64,000 bases of DNA, from contig JBMFRB010000009.1 in assembly GCA_049968255.1 (NCBI GenBank), forward strand, positions 32,001 to 96,000, in the 5' to 3' direction. Below, one piece after another: positions 27,898-39,240 of this stretch. The notes beneath the pieces were generated by a model. That model saw only the letters and a list, made by a program, of their open reading frames with translations. It searched no databases and was not told the DNA's origin. The translations under genes were made by a program, and so were the position numbers. The stretch comes from Candidatus Sumerlaeaceae bacterium (GTDB taxonomy: Bacteria > Sumerlaeota > Sumerlaeia > Sumerlaeales > Sumerlaeaceae). The stretch's first letter is position 1. Every line of letters begins with the position of its first letter.

Positions 27898-30201
27898 TCA
27901 AGGATTATATTCGCGGCTTACTCCATGGAACGTTTTGCCTTCTGGAAATTCTCTCTCCCATGCCCGCCGGAGACGTCGGCCCAGCCGCAAACTGTTACTA
28001 ACCACACTTACGCTGCTGAGTGCCATCGCGGCGCTAGCAATCATCGGGTTCAAAAGAATTCCAAACCTCGGATAGAAAGCACCAGCAGCCAGCGGAATGC
28101 AGGCCGCATTGTAGGCAAAGGCAAAAAAGAGATTTTGCCGAATTATCGCCATGGTGTCACGAGAGACATCCAGAGCGTGCGCGAGTGACCACAGATGCTT
28201 CCCAAGAAGAGTGACGTCGCCTGTCTCGACGGCAACGTCGGCCCCACTTCCCATCGCAAATCCTACGTCAGCCTGAGCAAGCGCCGGCGCATCATTGATG
28301 CCGTCGCCAACAAACCCCACTCGTTTGCCTTCCATCTGCAAAGCCGCTACATGTTGTGCTTTGCCAAAAGGGTCCACTTCGGCGGTCCACTGTTCGATTC
28401 CTACTTTCTCTGCCACGGCACGTGCCACTTCACGACGATCGCCCGTGACAATCCAAACGGCATACCCACGCGAGCGAAGAACTCGCACCAGATCTGCACT
28501 TTCCGGCTTCAATGGATCCGCAAGCGCCAGCACGCCCGCGCATTCATTTCCGCTGGCGACAGCAAGAGGGGTCGCACCCTCCGAAGCGAGTTCGCTCATC
28601 ACCGGCGCTGCCCGTTGAACGTCAAGACCAAGCTGCTCGAGTAGGGCTAATGAGCCCACACAGACGTGGCGCGCCGTGCCTTCCGCCAGGATCCCTTTGC
28701 CTGGGATTGCCTCAAAACGTTCGGGCGCTGGCTTCGGAATTTCTCCGGCCACTGCAGCCACGACGGCCCGTGCGAGCGGGTGCTCGGAGTGCTGTTCGGC
28801 CCAAGCCGCGAGCCGGAGAATCTCTTGCTCTGGCCAACGCTCGGCATCAAAGGAGATGACCTTCACTAGCGTGGGCCGGCCCTCCGTAAGTGTGCCCGTC
28901 TTGTCCAATACAATGGCGTCGAGCTGACTAGATCGCTCCAGCGCCTCAGCTCTCCGGAAAAGAATGCCCCGCTGTGCGGCCTGACCGCATGCCACAATGA
29001 CCGCTGTTGGCGTGGCAAGCCCAAGCGCACAAGGGCACGCGATCACCAGCACCGACACAAACGCTTGAATTGCGTGGCCTAATTGCTCCTTGCCGCCGAA
29101 TAGGAGCCAGCATGCGGCCGAGACCATGGCGATGGCCAGGACGGTCGGAACGAAGATCGCGCTCACGCGATCAGCAAGTCGGGCGATCGGCGGCTTTGTT
29201 CCCTGAGCCTCGCGCACGAGTTTTACAATTCGCTGGAACACTGTTTCGGCACCAACATGCGTTGCGCGAATCGTCAAAGCTCCTGTCGTGTTGAGTGTCC
29301 CACTCACAACCTGCTCGCCCGCGCGTTTTTCCACAGGAACAGGTTCACCCGTCAACAGCGATTCATCCACCCAGCTCGTGCCTTCCACCACAACGCCATC
29401 CACGGGCACCAGTTCGCCCGGCCGCAGAAGCAGGACGTCGCCAACTCGCACGGTCTCAAGAGCCACCGTTTCAGCTCCTTGCGTTGTGAGGCGAGTCACT
29501 GTTCGTGGAGCCCGCGCAAGCAAAGTGCGAACGGCGTCGCCGGTGTGTACCCTCGCTCGTTCCTCCAAAAGACGCCCAAACGCCACGAACACACAAATCA
29601 CCGCTGCCGCCTCGAAGTAAGTGTGTGGCGCGATCCCAAGCCGCTCCCAGAAAACTGGCGCCAACACAACACTGGCGCTAAAAGCATAGGCAGTGCAAAC
29701 GCCTAAGGCTACCAGCACATTCATGTCGGCTGTGCCGCTGCGCATCGCTTTCCACGCACCCACGAGAAAATGGCGCCCCACCAAAAGCAAAACTATGGTG
29801 GTGGCTAATAAATTAACACTTTCTCGATAGGGCCAGGCAACATGGGTCATGCTCAGGAACGAAACAACAAGGGCGAGGAACGCTCCGATGCCCAATTCGA
29901 ACATACGCCACTGCAGGGCACGGCGCTGACTGTGTGATTCCGAGTCCGTTACTTCCCACGTTGCCGCGGCAGGCTTGGCTTCGTAGCCGATCTCGCGCAG
30001 GCGGGCAAAAATCTTCTCCGGCGAAACGACCTGGGGATCGTAGGAGATTCGGCCTTCGCGCGTAGCAAGATTGACGTTGACCTCGTGTACCCCTGTCATG
30101 GCGCCGACTATTTTCTCGATACGGGCCACGCACGAAGCGCAGTGCATTCCTTCGATTTCGCATAAGAGCGTGGCGGGTGTTTGTCCGGTGCCCGAGCTCA
30201 T
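27898..30201 (-). CDS. copA: Copper-translocating P1B-type ATPase
   Basis: GMHCASC metal-binding domain, [30 protein letters not shown] and MALSS. Confidence 0.93.
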   Translation of the reverse strand: MSSGTGQTPATLLCEIEGMHCASCVARIEKIVGAMTGVHEVNVNLATREGRISYDPQVVSPEKIFARLREIGYEAKPAAATWEVTDSESHSQRRALQWRMFELGIGAFLALVVSFLSMTHVAWPYRESVNLLATTIVLLLVGRHFLVGAWKAMRSGTADMNVLVALGVCTAYAFSASVVLAPVFWERLGIAPHTYFEAAAVICVFVAFGRLLEERARVHTGDAVRTLLARAPRTVTRLTTQGAETVALETVRVGDVLLLRPGELVPVDGVVVEGTSWVDESLLTGEPVPVEKRAGEQVVSGTLNTTGALTIRATHVGAETVFQRIVKLVREAQGTKPPIARLADRVSAIFVPTVLAIAMVSAACWLLFGGKEQLGHAIQAFVSVLVIACPCALGLATPTAVIVACGQAAQRGILFRRAEALERSSQLDAIVLDKTGTLTEGRPTLVKVISFDAERWPEQEILRLAAWAEQHSEHPLARAVVAAVAGEIPKPAPERFEAIPGKGILAEGTARHVCVGSLALLEQLGLDVQRAAPVMSELASEGATPLAVASGNECAGVLALADPLKPESADLVRVLRSRGYAVWIVTGDRREVARAVAEKVGIEQWTAEVDPFGKAQHVAALQMEGKRVGFVGDGINDAPALAQADVGFAMGSGADVAVETGDVTLLGKHLWSLAHALDVSRDTMAIIRQNLFFAFAYNAACIPLAAGAFYPRFGILLNPMIASAAMALSSVSVVSNSLRLGRRLRRAWEREFPEGKTFHGVSREYNP

Positions 30202-31961
30202 TATGCCTCCAGTTCGATAGCTTCGCTGAGCAATTGGTGCCCATAAAGCGACGCGTAAAGCCCGCCGAGGGCGACGAGCTCCTCGTGCGTGCCATATTCA
30301 ATGAGACGCCCTTCGTCCAGGACCGCAATGCGATCGCAGTGCATGACTGCCGAAATGCGGTGAGCGATCACGATGCTTGTCCGCTGGCGCATGATTTCAC
30401 GTAGCGAAGCAATGATTTTAGCCTCCGTCTCGGTGTCCACGGCCGAGAGAGCATCGTCGAGCACAAGAATTCTTGGGTCACGGATGAGCGCACGCGCCAA
30501 GGCCACGCGCTGGCGCTGACCTCCACTCAGATTGATTCCGCGTTCGCCGAGCAGGGTGTCGTAGCCGTTGGGAAAGTTCTCGATTTCCTCTGCAATATGC
30601 GCAAGGCGAGCGGCTCGTGCGATTTCTTCGCGCGTCGCTCCCGGTTTCCCCAGCGCAATGTTATTGGCTATCGTATCGCTGAACAAAAGTGGTTCCTGCA
30701 GCACGAGACTGAGCATATCTCGAAGTTCTCGTGCCGGAATATCGACAATATCCGCACCGCCAATGAACACACGCTCACGCCGCACTGCGTAGAGCTTTGC
30801 AAGTATGACGGCAAGCGTGGTCTTGCCACAACCAGTTGGCCCAACTACGCCAAGCGAGGCACCATCCGGTATTTCAATGGAGATTTCGCGCAACGCTGGA
30901 TGGCGATCGGGGCCGTAAGAAAAAGTAAGGTGTCGAATTGATATGCTCGCGTCGCGCAGCTCGATTTGCCTGCGTGCGCCATCGCACAAAGCAGGATCGT
31001 CGGGCTCGCGTAGCACCTCTTGAATACGTTCCATGGAGGCAGCACCGCGCTGCAGCAGGCTCACGGTCCAGCCGAAAGCCATCATGGGCCAGAATAACAT
31101 CATCTGAATGAGCGACATTTCGACGAGCTGCCCAACAGTGATCCGTCCCCGCACGACAAACATGGCACCGCTCGCGAGGAGCGCCACCACCGACAAGCCA
31201 GCCACCATGTGCAAAACCGGAAAAAAGATGGATTGCAGACGCGCCAGCTGCATATTTCTCGCCACGTTCTCTTCGTTGAGTTTGCTGAAGCGCTCTATCT
31301 CCAATGGCTGCTGGCAAAATGCTTTCACCACGCGTATGCCGGCCAAGTTCTCCTGCACCATTGCGCTGAGTGTGGCAAAGTGATCTTGCACGGCGCGGAA
31401 GCGCTTGTGGATGTGGGCGCCAAAAAAGTTCACCAGCCAGGGAAGCAACACCAGGGGAGTGAGTGTGGCTGCGGTAAGCCACGGATCAATCGTGACCATC
31501 TGGACGATAGCAATGGGAAAAAGCAATGCCGAATTCGAAAACTGTAAGACGCCGGGACCCAAAACCATGCGCACAGCCTCCACGTCGTTAGTGGCTTTGC
31601 TGATAAGGTCCCCAGTGCGCTGTCGATCATAGAAAGCGGGCGGAAGCGACAAAAGTTTGCGAAAAATATCATTGCGAAAAGCAAACTCGATGTCGCGTGA
31701 GGCCCCCACAATCCATAGGCGCATGAAAAGCCGTGCCACAGCCACGATCATTGTGAGTCCGATGACGAGTACTGCATAGCGAACAAAGGTTCCTGCACTA
31801 GCGTTTCCCGATTTCATGGCGTCCGTGGCCACCCCCACCACTTGCGCCACGCGCACCTGGAAGTAGTTGGCAACGGCAAGCAGGGCCACTCCGCCCATGA
31901 TGCGCCAGCGGTGGGCGCGAACGTAAGGCAGCAACCCGCCGATAAGTGAGCGATATCCCAT
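30201..31961 (-). CDS. ABC exporter, fused permease and ATPase
   Basis: N-terminal transmembrane domain, [16 protein letters not shown] and LDDALSAVD. Confidence 0.93.
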   Translation of the reverse strand: MGYRSLIGGLLPYVRAHRWRIMGGVALLAVANYFQVRVAQVVGVATDAMKSGNASAGTFVRYAVLVIGLTMIVAVARLFMRLWIVGASRDIEFAFRNDIFRKLLSLPPAFYDRQRTGDLISKATNDVEAVRMVLGPGVLQFSNSALLFPIAIVQMVTIDPWLTAATLTPLVLLPWLVNFFGAHIHKRFRAVQDHFATLSAMVQENLAGIRVVKAFCQQPLEIERFSKLNEENVARNMQLARLQSIFFPVLHMVAGLSVVALLASGAMFVVRGRITVGQLVEMSLIQMMLFWPMMAFGWTVSLLQRGAASMERIQEVLREPDDPALCDGARRQIELRDASISIRHLTFSYGPDRHPALREISIEIPDGASLGVVGPTGCGKTTLAVILAKLYAVRRERVFIGGADIVDIPARELRDMLSLVLQEPLLFSDTIANNIALGKPGATREEIARAARLAHIAEEIENFPNGYDTLLGERGINLSGGQRQRVALARALIRDPRILVLDDALSAVDTETEAKIIASLREIMRQRTSIVIAHRISAVMHCDRIAVLDEGRLIEYGTHEELVALGGLYASLYGHQLLSEAIELEA

Positions 31962-32048
31962 GATTGCTGTGATGTGTTATCGAAAAACCGCTGTGGGGGA
32001 TGAACATTCGTTGCCGGCAATGTTTGCCCGAGTCGGTCACGGCAACTC

Positions 32049-32495
32049 TTATCGCTGATCGATCAGCTCAAGCAGCTCATGGATGCGCTGGAAATGTCCA
32101 ACAAGCTCTTCTCGCTCCTCGGGGCTGAGTTTTGAAAGGATCTCGCGGAAACGCCGCTCGTGAACACGATTCAATTGCCTAACCACAAGCCGTCCCTTCG
32201 GTGTAAGGTCCACTCGCACCACGCGTCGGTCGCTGGGATCTGCCGAGCGTTTCACGAGCTTGCTTTCGACTAGTTTTTCCACGGTAATCGTCGCTGCGGG
32301 GAGTGACACACCCACCAGGCGCGCGATGTCGGACATCCGCTGGGGACCTTGCAAATCCAAATAATAAAGAATGCGTTTCTGCGCACCGGTCATCTCGTTG
32401 AGCGGACGTGACGACGATGGGGAAAGAAAAATCCGGCTCAGCACCCGCAGAAAGAGGTAATTCAGCGAAGTTATCTCGCGAACATCGAGTCTCAC
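32049..32495 (-). CDS. MarR family transcriptional regulator
   Basis: HTH followed by LV.R..DPSDRR...V.LT..G. Confidence 0.9.
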   Translation of the reverse strand: MRLDVREITSLNYLFLRVLSRIFLSPSSSRPLNEMTGAQKRILYYLDLQGPQRMSDIARLVGVSLPAATITVEKLVESKLVKRSADPSDRRVVRVDLTPKGRLVVRQLNRVHERRFREILSKLSPEEREELVGHFQRIHELLELIDQR

Positions 32496-32775
32496 TTTAT
32501 CCTAAAAACCATTTTGTTTTCTAAATATGCTTTCAACGTCGTCGCCTGTGCAAGCTAGTTAGTCTCAGTCCACGATGCAAACAGGAAATGCGACTGCTCT
32601 TTTCGTCATGATCACCTAAACCGAACTCCGGCTATCCGAGCGCTTGTCCGTCGTGGGTGCTTATGCGGTGGAGCTTTACTCCATGTGAGGCGCACCGCTC
32701 GCCGCCATCGCTCGAACCCAATGATTTCAGTCGCGAGAGTTCCTTGCAGCTGGGAGCACGGTAAGCGCGCCCGAA

Positions 32776-35394
32776 TTATTTATCGTCTTCGCTCTCGCTA
32801 CGCGTAAGTGTAGGCGCGATCTCTTCCAACTTATAAGCTTCGATGATGTCACCTTCTTTGATGTCATTGAAGTTCTCGATCCCGAGGCCACATTCTTCGC
32901 CTGCGCGCACGACTTTCGCATCGTCCTTGTAACGCTTCAGGCTCGCCAGCTTGCCTTCGTAAATGATCACGTTGTTTCGCAGGACGCGCACTTTTGCGTC
33001 GCGCGGGACTTCCCCCTCCGTAACGAAGCAACCGGCCACTGTGCCAACCTTGGCAATCTTGAATAACTGGCGCACCTCGGCATGGCCAAGCACCTTTTCT
33101 TCGTACTTCGGCTCGAGCATGCCCACCATAGCCCTTTCGACTTCGTCGAGCAGGTCGTAAATAATGCGATAGGTTTTGATCTCCACGCCGCGCTGCGCGG
33201 CAAGCTCTGCTGCTTTGGTATCCGGCCGCACATTGAAGCCAATGATAATCGCATCCGAGGCATCTGCTAAATTCACGTCGCTCTCGATGATGCCGCCTAC
33301 GCCGGCATGAATAATTCGGACCCGGATTTCCTCGGACGAGAGCCGCTGGAGAGCTTCGGAAATAGCCTCGACGGAACCTTGAACGTCCGCCTTTAGCACG
33401 ACATTGAGCTCTTTGACCTTGCCTTCGCTCATCAGGGCACTCAGCTTCTCCAGGCTGATGTGCTCCGCAGGCTTGGCGTGTCCCATGCGGCGACGTCGCT
33501 CTCGGCGTTTTTCGGCGATATCCCGCGCGATGCGCTCATCGGGTACGACCACAAACGTTTCCCCCGCCGATGGTGCTCCATCCAGTCCGATGATCTCCGC
33601 CGGAAACGAAGGCCCTGCTTCCTTGATCTGGCGCCCGCGGTCGTCAATCATGGCGCGCACACGACCACTGATCTCGCCCACAACGAACACATCGCCCACC
33701 CGCAGGGTTCCTTTTTGGACGAGAATGGTGGCTACCGCGCCGCGCTGAGGATCCACGTGGGATTCAATAACAGTGCCCACTGCATTGCACGTCGGGTCAG
33801 ATTTCAGGTCAAGAATCTCAGCCTGCAGCGCCAGCATTTCGAGCAAGTGGTCCACGTTCTTGCCGTGCTTGGCGCTGATATCCACGAAGATTGTATCACC
33901 GCCAAACTCTTCTGGCACCAGCGAATACTGCAGTGCTTCCTGACGGATGCGTGCTGGGTCGGCGCCGGGCAGGTCAATCTTGTTCACAGCAACCAGGATG
34001 GGCACCTTCGCCGCCTGTGCGTGGTGAATCGCTTCTACTGTTTGGGGCTGGAAGCCGTCGTCGGCAGCCACAACAAGCACGACGATATCCGTGACCGACG
34101 CCCCGCGTGCACGCATGGAGGTGAAGGCCTCGTGGCCAGGTGTGTCGAGGAACACAATGTCGCCTTTTGGCGTACTCACGTGATAGGCGCCGATGTGCTG
34201 TGTGATGCCTCCGAACTCGCCTTCAACGATGTTTGATTTGCGAATGCGGTCCAGCAGTGTGGTTTTGCCATGGTCCACGTGGCCCATAATCGTGACCACG
34301 GGTGGCCGCCGCTTCATGTTCTCCGGCTTTTCCTGCGGCAGGTACTTAGAGATATCGTACTCGTCGGTATCGAGCACGAATTCTAGCTCGACGCCGAAGT
34401 CCGTGGCAATGAGCTCCATAAGCTCGGGTGTCATGTCCTGAGTCACTGTCAGGCGTTCGCCGAGCAGGAGAATCTTTTTCATGATTTCCGTGGCGGGAAC
34501 CCCGAGCTTTTCTGCGAACTGTCCCACAGTGAGGACGGAGTCTACCGTGAGCTTGCGGGCCTTAGGCTGCGGAGGTGCCACCGGTTTGGGCGGGGGCGCT
34601 TCGAGCACTGGCACAGTAGGCGCTTTGCCGCCCTTTTTCACCGGCGGACGGCCTGTGGTGATTTCTTCCTCAAGCTCGAAAATTTTGGTTGGGCGAGGCT
34701 TATCGCCGCGACGTCGATCTGGCGTCTTGCCCTGACGTGCGGGCTTATCTGTCCGCCGTGGCGGAGTCGTCGTCGGCATCACGCGCAGAAGATTCTTGAG
34801 CTGGTTCTCATCGAGAACAGGCACGGGTTTGGGGCCTGCGGCTTGTTTGCCGCTGCGCTCGGGTTTGCCATGGCGCCTCGGCTGCTCCGCACGCTTAGGA
34901 AGAAGATGTGGCTGGGTGGCCTGAGGTGCGCTGACGGGGGGTTGTGCCTGGGTTTTTGCGGCTTCGCGCTTGTGCCGCTCTTCTTCTTCACGCCGCCGCC
35001 GTTCTTCCTCTTCGCGGCGTTTGCGTTCCTCTTCTTCGCGTTTGCGCCGTTCTTCTTCTTCACGCTGCCGCCGTTCTTCCTCTTCGCGCTTGCGCCGTTC
35101 TTCCTCCTCACGGCGTCGGCGCTCCTCTTCCATCGCACGCCGTTTTTCCTCAAGCTTGAGCCGGCGCTCTTCCTCTTTGCGCTGCCGCTCTTCCTCTTTG
35201 CGGCGCTTCTCTTCCTCTTCTTTGGCCTTGAGTTCCTGCTTATATCTTTCGATTAGGGGCCAAAGTTTTTTGACTTCCTTGTCATCCAAACTGGCGCTCG
35301 CGCTTTGCTTAACAGCAAGACGGTGCTTTTTGGCGATCGCCAAGACGTCCTTGCTCTGCAATCCAGCCGCTTTTGCTAACTCGTGTACCCGCAT
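32776..35394 (-). CDS. infB: Translation initiation factor IF-2
   Basis: MRVHELAK start, [29 protein letters not shown] and KADVQGS. Confidence 0.98.
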   Translation of the reverse strand: MRVHELAKAAGLQSKDVLAIAKKHRLAVKQSASASLDDKEVKKLWPLIERYKQELKAKEEEEKRRKEEERQRKEEERRLKLEEKRRAMEEERRRREEEERRKREEEERRQREEEERRKREEEERKRREEEERRRREEEERHKREAAKTQAQPPVSAPQATQPHLLPKRAEQPRRHGKPERSGKQAAGPKPVPVLDENQLKNLLRVMPTTTPPRRTDKPARQGKTPDRRRGDKPRPTKIFELEEEITTGRPPVKKGGKAPTVPVLEAPPPKPVAPPQPKARKLTVDSVLTVGQFAEKLGVPATEIMKKILLLGERLTVTQDMTPELMELIATDFGVELEFVLDTDEYDISKYLPQEKPENMKRRPPVVTIMGHVDHGKTTLLDRIRKSNIVEGEFGGITQHIGAYHVSTPKGDIVFLDTPGHEAFTSMRARGASVTDIVVLVVAADDGFQPQTVEAIHHAQAAKVPILVAVNKIDLPGADPARIRQEALQYSLVPEEFGGDTIFVDISAKHGKNVDHLLEMLALQAEILDLKSDPTCNAVGTVIESHVDPQRGAVATILVQKGTLRVGDVFVVGEISGRVRAMIDDRGRQIKEAGPSFPAEIIGLDGAPSAGETFVVVPDERIARDIAEKRRERRRRMGHAKPAEHISLEKLSALMSEGKVKELNVVLKADVQGSVEAISEALQRLSSEEIRVRIIHAGVGGIIESDVNLADASDAIIIGFNVRPDTKAAELAAQRGVEIKTYRIIYDLLDEVERAMVGMLEPKYEEKVLGHAEVRQLFKIAKVGTVAGCFVTEGEVPRDAKVRVLRNNVIIYEGKLASLKRYKDDAKVVRAGEECGLGIENFNDIKEGDIIEAYKLEEIAPTLTRSESEDDK
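34966..35130 (-). repeat. Imperfect 24-nt coding tandem repeat (about 7 copies of EEEERRKR) within infB
   Basis: Translation [55 protein letters not shown]. Confidence 0.85.
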
Positions 35395-35775
35395 TCGTAC
35401 CCCACAGATATTTGTGCGGGGCGCAACAACGCTCCCGCCATCTTTCGAATGAAAATAATGCTGGCAGACAGTGCTTAGCGGGGGAGTCGGGGAAGGGACT
35501 GCACACTGTGAAGAGAAGGCCGACTTTAGCACCTCCGCGTGGTTTCACCACGGAGGATTCAACGAGCGGATATCATCCGTTGCGAATGTCGTGTCAACTT
35601 CTCATCGTTTGCTGCCCTCGCTCGACTTTCCCGCAAGCCTTGCTCGCGCATTCATTCCGTGAACCTTTACCGACTGGCGCTATCTCTCTTCACAGAATCT
35701 CCCCCCAGCCGATTGTTCGTCCTTGCTTTCTCCCTGCGTGTCCTGTGCCAGTGAGACGATATTTCGCACGTCGAG

Positions 35776-37512
35776 GTGGCCAGTTTGCTTTTTCAAAATT
35801 CGCAGCAAAGCCTTCCATCAGCAGAAATGTCGTGGGAACCTGCTCATGCGTCGTCGCCTTCACGCCTGCGGATCATTCCGCTGGGAGGTCTGGGCGAAGT
35901 TGGCATGAATATGATGGTTTACGAATACGACGACGACATTTTCGTCGTGGATTGCGGACATACCTTCCCCGAGGACGACCTCCTGGGAATTGATCTTGTC
36001 ATTCCCGATCTCACCTACCTTGAAGAGCGCGCTTCGCGTCTGCGTGGTGTCGTCATTACCCATGCCCACGATGACCATTTAGGAGCGCTTCCTTACTTTC
36101 TGCGCAAATTCAACGTGCCTGTTGTCGGCACGCCGTTGGTCTGCGGCATTCTCCGCGAGCGTCTTGGGGAATTCGAGCTTGATTTTGAGCCAAAACTCCG
36201 GGAAGTTCAGGCCGGTGAGACGTTCGAGCTTGGCAAAGCGCAAATCGAGTTTATTCACGTCACGCACAGTGTGCCTCAGAGTGTCGCCCTGGCCATTCAT
36301 TTGCCCATAGGCACGATTGTTCATACGGGCGATTACAAAATAGACACGAGCCCCATCGATGCACGGCCCTTTGATTTCTATGCATTTGCGCGTTTAGGCC
36401 AGCGCGGCGTTCTCGCCCTACTCGCTGACTCGACGAATGTCGAGCGGCCGGGGCGAACGCCATCAGAACGGACGCTTTATCAGCCGTTGGACGAAATTTT
36501 CGAGCAAGCCCCGCGCACAATTTTTTTCTCGTGCTTCGCCAGTGCCCTGCACCGCATGCAGATAGTGCTCGACCTGGCGGAGCATCATCGGCGCAAGGTG
36601 TTCGTTGCCGGCCTCAACATGAACCGCAATCTTTCCGTGGCGCGTGAGTTGGGGGTCATCAATCGCGCTACCGGCGTGCTCGTCGACCTTGGCCACTTCA
36701 AGAAGGTTTCACCCGACAAACGTGTGGTGCTCACCACGGGTAGTCAGGGCGAACCGCTAAGCGCCCTTAGCCGCATCGCCGTAGGAGAGCACCGTGAGGT
36801 CAAAATTCACAAAGGCGACGTCGCCGTGTTGTCGTCGCGCATCATTCCCGGCAACGAGCGGGCCATTTACCATGTGATCAACCACCTTTTCCGTCGAGGG
36901 GCCGACGTCTATTACGAAGGCGTCGCCAACGTCCATGTGTCCGGACATGCCTATCGCGACGATATGGCCACGCTCATCGCCCTTTGCAAACCGAAGTTCC
37001 TTATCCCCATTCATGGCGAGTTGCGCCATCTCGTGCTGCACAAGCGCCTTGCTGTGGAGATGGGATATCCCGAAGAGAACGTGTTTATCCTGCAAAACGG
37101 TGATGTGCTCGAACTCGGCCGCGAACACGCCCACTATTGCGGACGCCTGCAAGTGAGCCGCGTGTTGGTCGATGGCTACGACGTCTCGAGCTTTGACGAA
37201 GTGGTCTTGCGTGATCGCCGCCGCCTCAGTGAGGACGGAATGCTCTTGGCTGTGTTGGCAGTCGAGCAAAGCACGGGTAAACTCGTGGCAGGCCCTCACG
37301 TTGTCTCGCGTGGGTTTTTGCGCGAAGAAGAAAACGAAGAGTTCTTCAAACAATGCGAAGCCGTTGCCCGCGCCGCCTTCGAGGAATGTGCCCGCGAGGA
37401 AAAGCAGGAGTGGAGCATCGTGAAAGAAAAAGTACGTGCGAAACTCAAACGCTTCATCAAAAACGAAACCGGACGTTACCCCTACATTCTCCCGGTGGTT
37501 CTGGAGATCTGA
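35776..37512 (+). CDS. rnj: Ribonuclease J
   Basis: PLGGLGEVG.N, THAHDDH, HTGDYK, DSTN, TGSQGEP, HVSGH and PIHGE. Start may be 35827. Confidence 0.96.
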   Translation: MASLLFQNSQQSLPSAEMSWEPAHASSPSRLRIIPLGGLGEVGMNMMVYEYDDDIFVVDCGHTFPEDDLLGIDLVIPDLTYLEERASRLRGVVITHAHDDHLGALPYFLRKFNVPVVGTPLVCGILRERLGEFELDFEPKLREVQAGETFELGKAQIEFIHVTHSVPQSVALAIHLPIGTIVHTGDYKIDTSPIDARPFDFYAFARLGQRGVLALLADSTNVERPGRTPSERTLYQPLDEIFEQAPRTIFFSCFASALHRMQIVLDLAEHHRRKVFVAGLNMNRNLSVARELGVINRATGVLVDLGHFKKVSPDKRVVLTTGSQGEPLSALSRIAVGEHREVKIHKGDVAVLSSRIIPGNERAIYHVINHLFRRGADVYYEGVANVHVSGHAYRDDMATLIALCKPKFLIPIHGELRHLVLHKRLAVEMGYPEENVFILQNGDVLELGREHAHYCGRLQVSRVLVDGYDVSSFDEVVLRDRRRLSEDGMLLAVLAVEQSTGKLVAGPHVVSRGFLREEENEEFFKQCEAVARAAFEECAREEKQEWSIVKEKVRAKLKRFIKNETGRYPYILPVVLEI

Positions 37513-37623
37513 ATAGCCAGAGGTGTTGCACGACGCGCAAACAGAACTTGGCTCACAGTTCGGTAAATCATTGCAAGCACCCATGGCACGCAATTAGATT
37601 TTTAGGCTAAGGAGTACCAACAA

Positions 37624-38685
37624 GTGGAAATAGCGGATCTCTTACGTCAGACTGTAGATCTTGATGCCTCGGACTTGCATTTGGCAGTGGGGCGCCCACC
37701 GGTGGTGCGCGTGCACGGCAAGCTGCGCAATCTCGAAGGGCCGCCGCTCACCGCGGCGGATACTCGCCGGCTTGTTTATGGCATCCTTACCGATTCGCAA
37801 AAACTGCGCTTTGAAGAAAATCGTGAGCTCGATTTTTCCCTCAGCATTTCGAGTATTAGCCGTTTCCGCGTGAACGTGCATTTCCAGCGCGGCAGCGTTG
37901 CCGCAGCGTTCCGTGTCATTTCCGCCGCTATTCGCTCTTTCGAAGAGCTGCACCTTCCTGTCAAGGTTTGCGAACGCTTTGCCCGTCGGCCTGCAGGACT
38001 TGTGCTTATTACGGGACCGACGGGGTCGGGAAAATCGACCACGTTGGCCGCTCTTGTTGACCTGATCAACAGCGAGCGCGAATGCCACATCATCACGATC
38101 GAAGACCCGATTGAATACCTGCACTCCCATAAAAAGGCGCTTGTCGAACAGCGCGAGGTCGGCGAGGATACTCTCTCCTTTGCCAATGCACTCAAATACG
38201 TGCTGCGCCAAGACCCTGATGTCATTATGGTCGGCGAAATGCGCGACCTAGAAACGATCGGCGCCGCGCTGACTGCCGCCGAAACGGGTCACCTCGTCTT
38301 TTCAACCCTTCACACTGTGGACGTGCCGCAGACCATTGACCGCATCATCGACGTGTTTCCGCCCCACCAACAGGAGCAGGTCCGAATTCAGCTCGCTGGG
38401 GTGCTCGAAGGCGTGATCTGCCAAACATTGCTCCCGTCGGCCTCCGGCCGGGGACGCGAACTGGCATGCGAAGTCATGGTTTGCACCGACGGCATACGTA
38501 ACCTTATCCGCGAGGCAAAAACGCACCAAATCTACACTCAGATCGAGGCAGGTGGCGCGCTGGGAATGCAGACGATGGACCGTGCCATTGCCGACCTCTT
38601 CAAGCGCGGCCGCATTTCACGTGAGACAGCGTTCCTTTACGCACGCAAGCTCGATGAGTTCAAACGCCATGTGTCGGTGATCTGA
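37624..38685 (+). CDS. pilT: Type IV pilus retraction ATPase
   Basis: ASDLHL, GPTGSGKSTT, TIEDPIEY, LRQDPD, GEMRD, ETGHLVFSTLH and GIRNLIRE. Confidence 0.93.
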   Translation: MEIADLLRQTVDLDASDLHLAVGRPPVVRVHGKLRNLEGPPLTAADTRRLVYGILTDSQKLRFEENRELDFSLSISSISRFRVNVHFQRGSVAAAFRVISAAIRSFEELHLPVKVCERFARRPAGLVLITGPTGSGKSTTLAALVDLINSERECHIITIEDPIEYLHSHKKALVEQREVGEDTLSFANALKYVLRQDPDVIMVGEMRDLETIGAALTAAETGHLVFSTLHTVDVPQTIDRIIDVFPPHQQEQVRIQLAGVLEGVICQTLLPSASGRGRELACEVMVCTDGIRNLIREAKTHQIYTQIEAGGALGMQTMDRAIADLFKRGRISRETAFLYARKLDEFKRHVSVI

Positions 38686-38712
38686 ACAAAGCAAGTCCCG
38701 AAAGGGGGCTCG

Positions 38713-39240
38713 ATGATGAACGAGGATTTCAGACGAGTCGAACTCCGCGAGATCCACATCTTGCAGGATCCCACTAGCCCTCAGGTTATCGTTCTTGCAG
38801 AAACAGAGGGGCCACGGAGTTTTCCAATTTTTATCGGTGCCAATGAGGCCGCAATGCTTGACATGGCCGTGCGAGGACACACTTCGCCGCGCCCGCTGAC
38901 GCACGATCTCATCCTTAACGTCCTGGAAGGCTTGGGCGCTCAATTGCTTCGTGTGCTCGTGACCAAGCTCGAAAATGACACGTTCTATGGGGCACTCGAA
39001 GTGCAGTCAGCCGATGGCTCCATTGTGAGAATTGATGCACGGCCCAGCGACTCGATTATCCTCGCCACGAAATGTCAGGTTCCGATACTTGTCGCGGAGC
39101 GAGTGCTCGATGAAGTCGGAGTGATTGCGGGCGACGAGGAAGACGACGAGATGACCTTCGACTCCGATGAGGACTCAGACTTAGGCTTCAACGAGGACGA
39201 CGAGCCGGAGGATCCCGATTTTCCTGATGAGCAGCGGTGA
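38713..39240 (+). CDS. Bifunctional nuclease family protein (DUF151)
   Basis: PIFIG..EA, RPLTHDL and IDARPSD, with an acidic tail. Confidence 0.9.
   Translation: MMNEDFRRVELREIHILQDPTSPQVIVLAETEGPRSFPIFIGANEAAMLDMAVRGHTSPRPLTHDLILNVLEGLGAQLLRVLVTKLENDTFYGALEVQSADGSIVRIDARPSDSIILATKCQVPILVAERVLDEVGVIAGDEEDDEMTFDSDEDSDLGFNEDDEPEDPDFPDEQR

Noticed and set aside
34843-35452. Ser/Arg-rich and Phe-rich plus-strand ORFs; possible CRISPR-like periodicity
   Set aside because: These are the reverse-frame readout of the IF2 E/R repeat. There are no identical repeats with unique spacers and no cas genes.
37584-37599. Sigma-54-like element TGGCACGCAATTAGAT before pilT
   Set aside because: The -24 element is good but the -12 position reads GA instead of GC, and it lies very close to the start codon.
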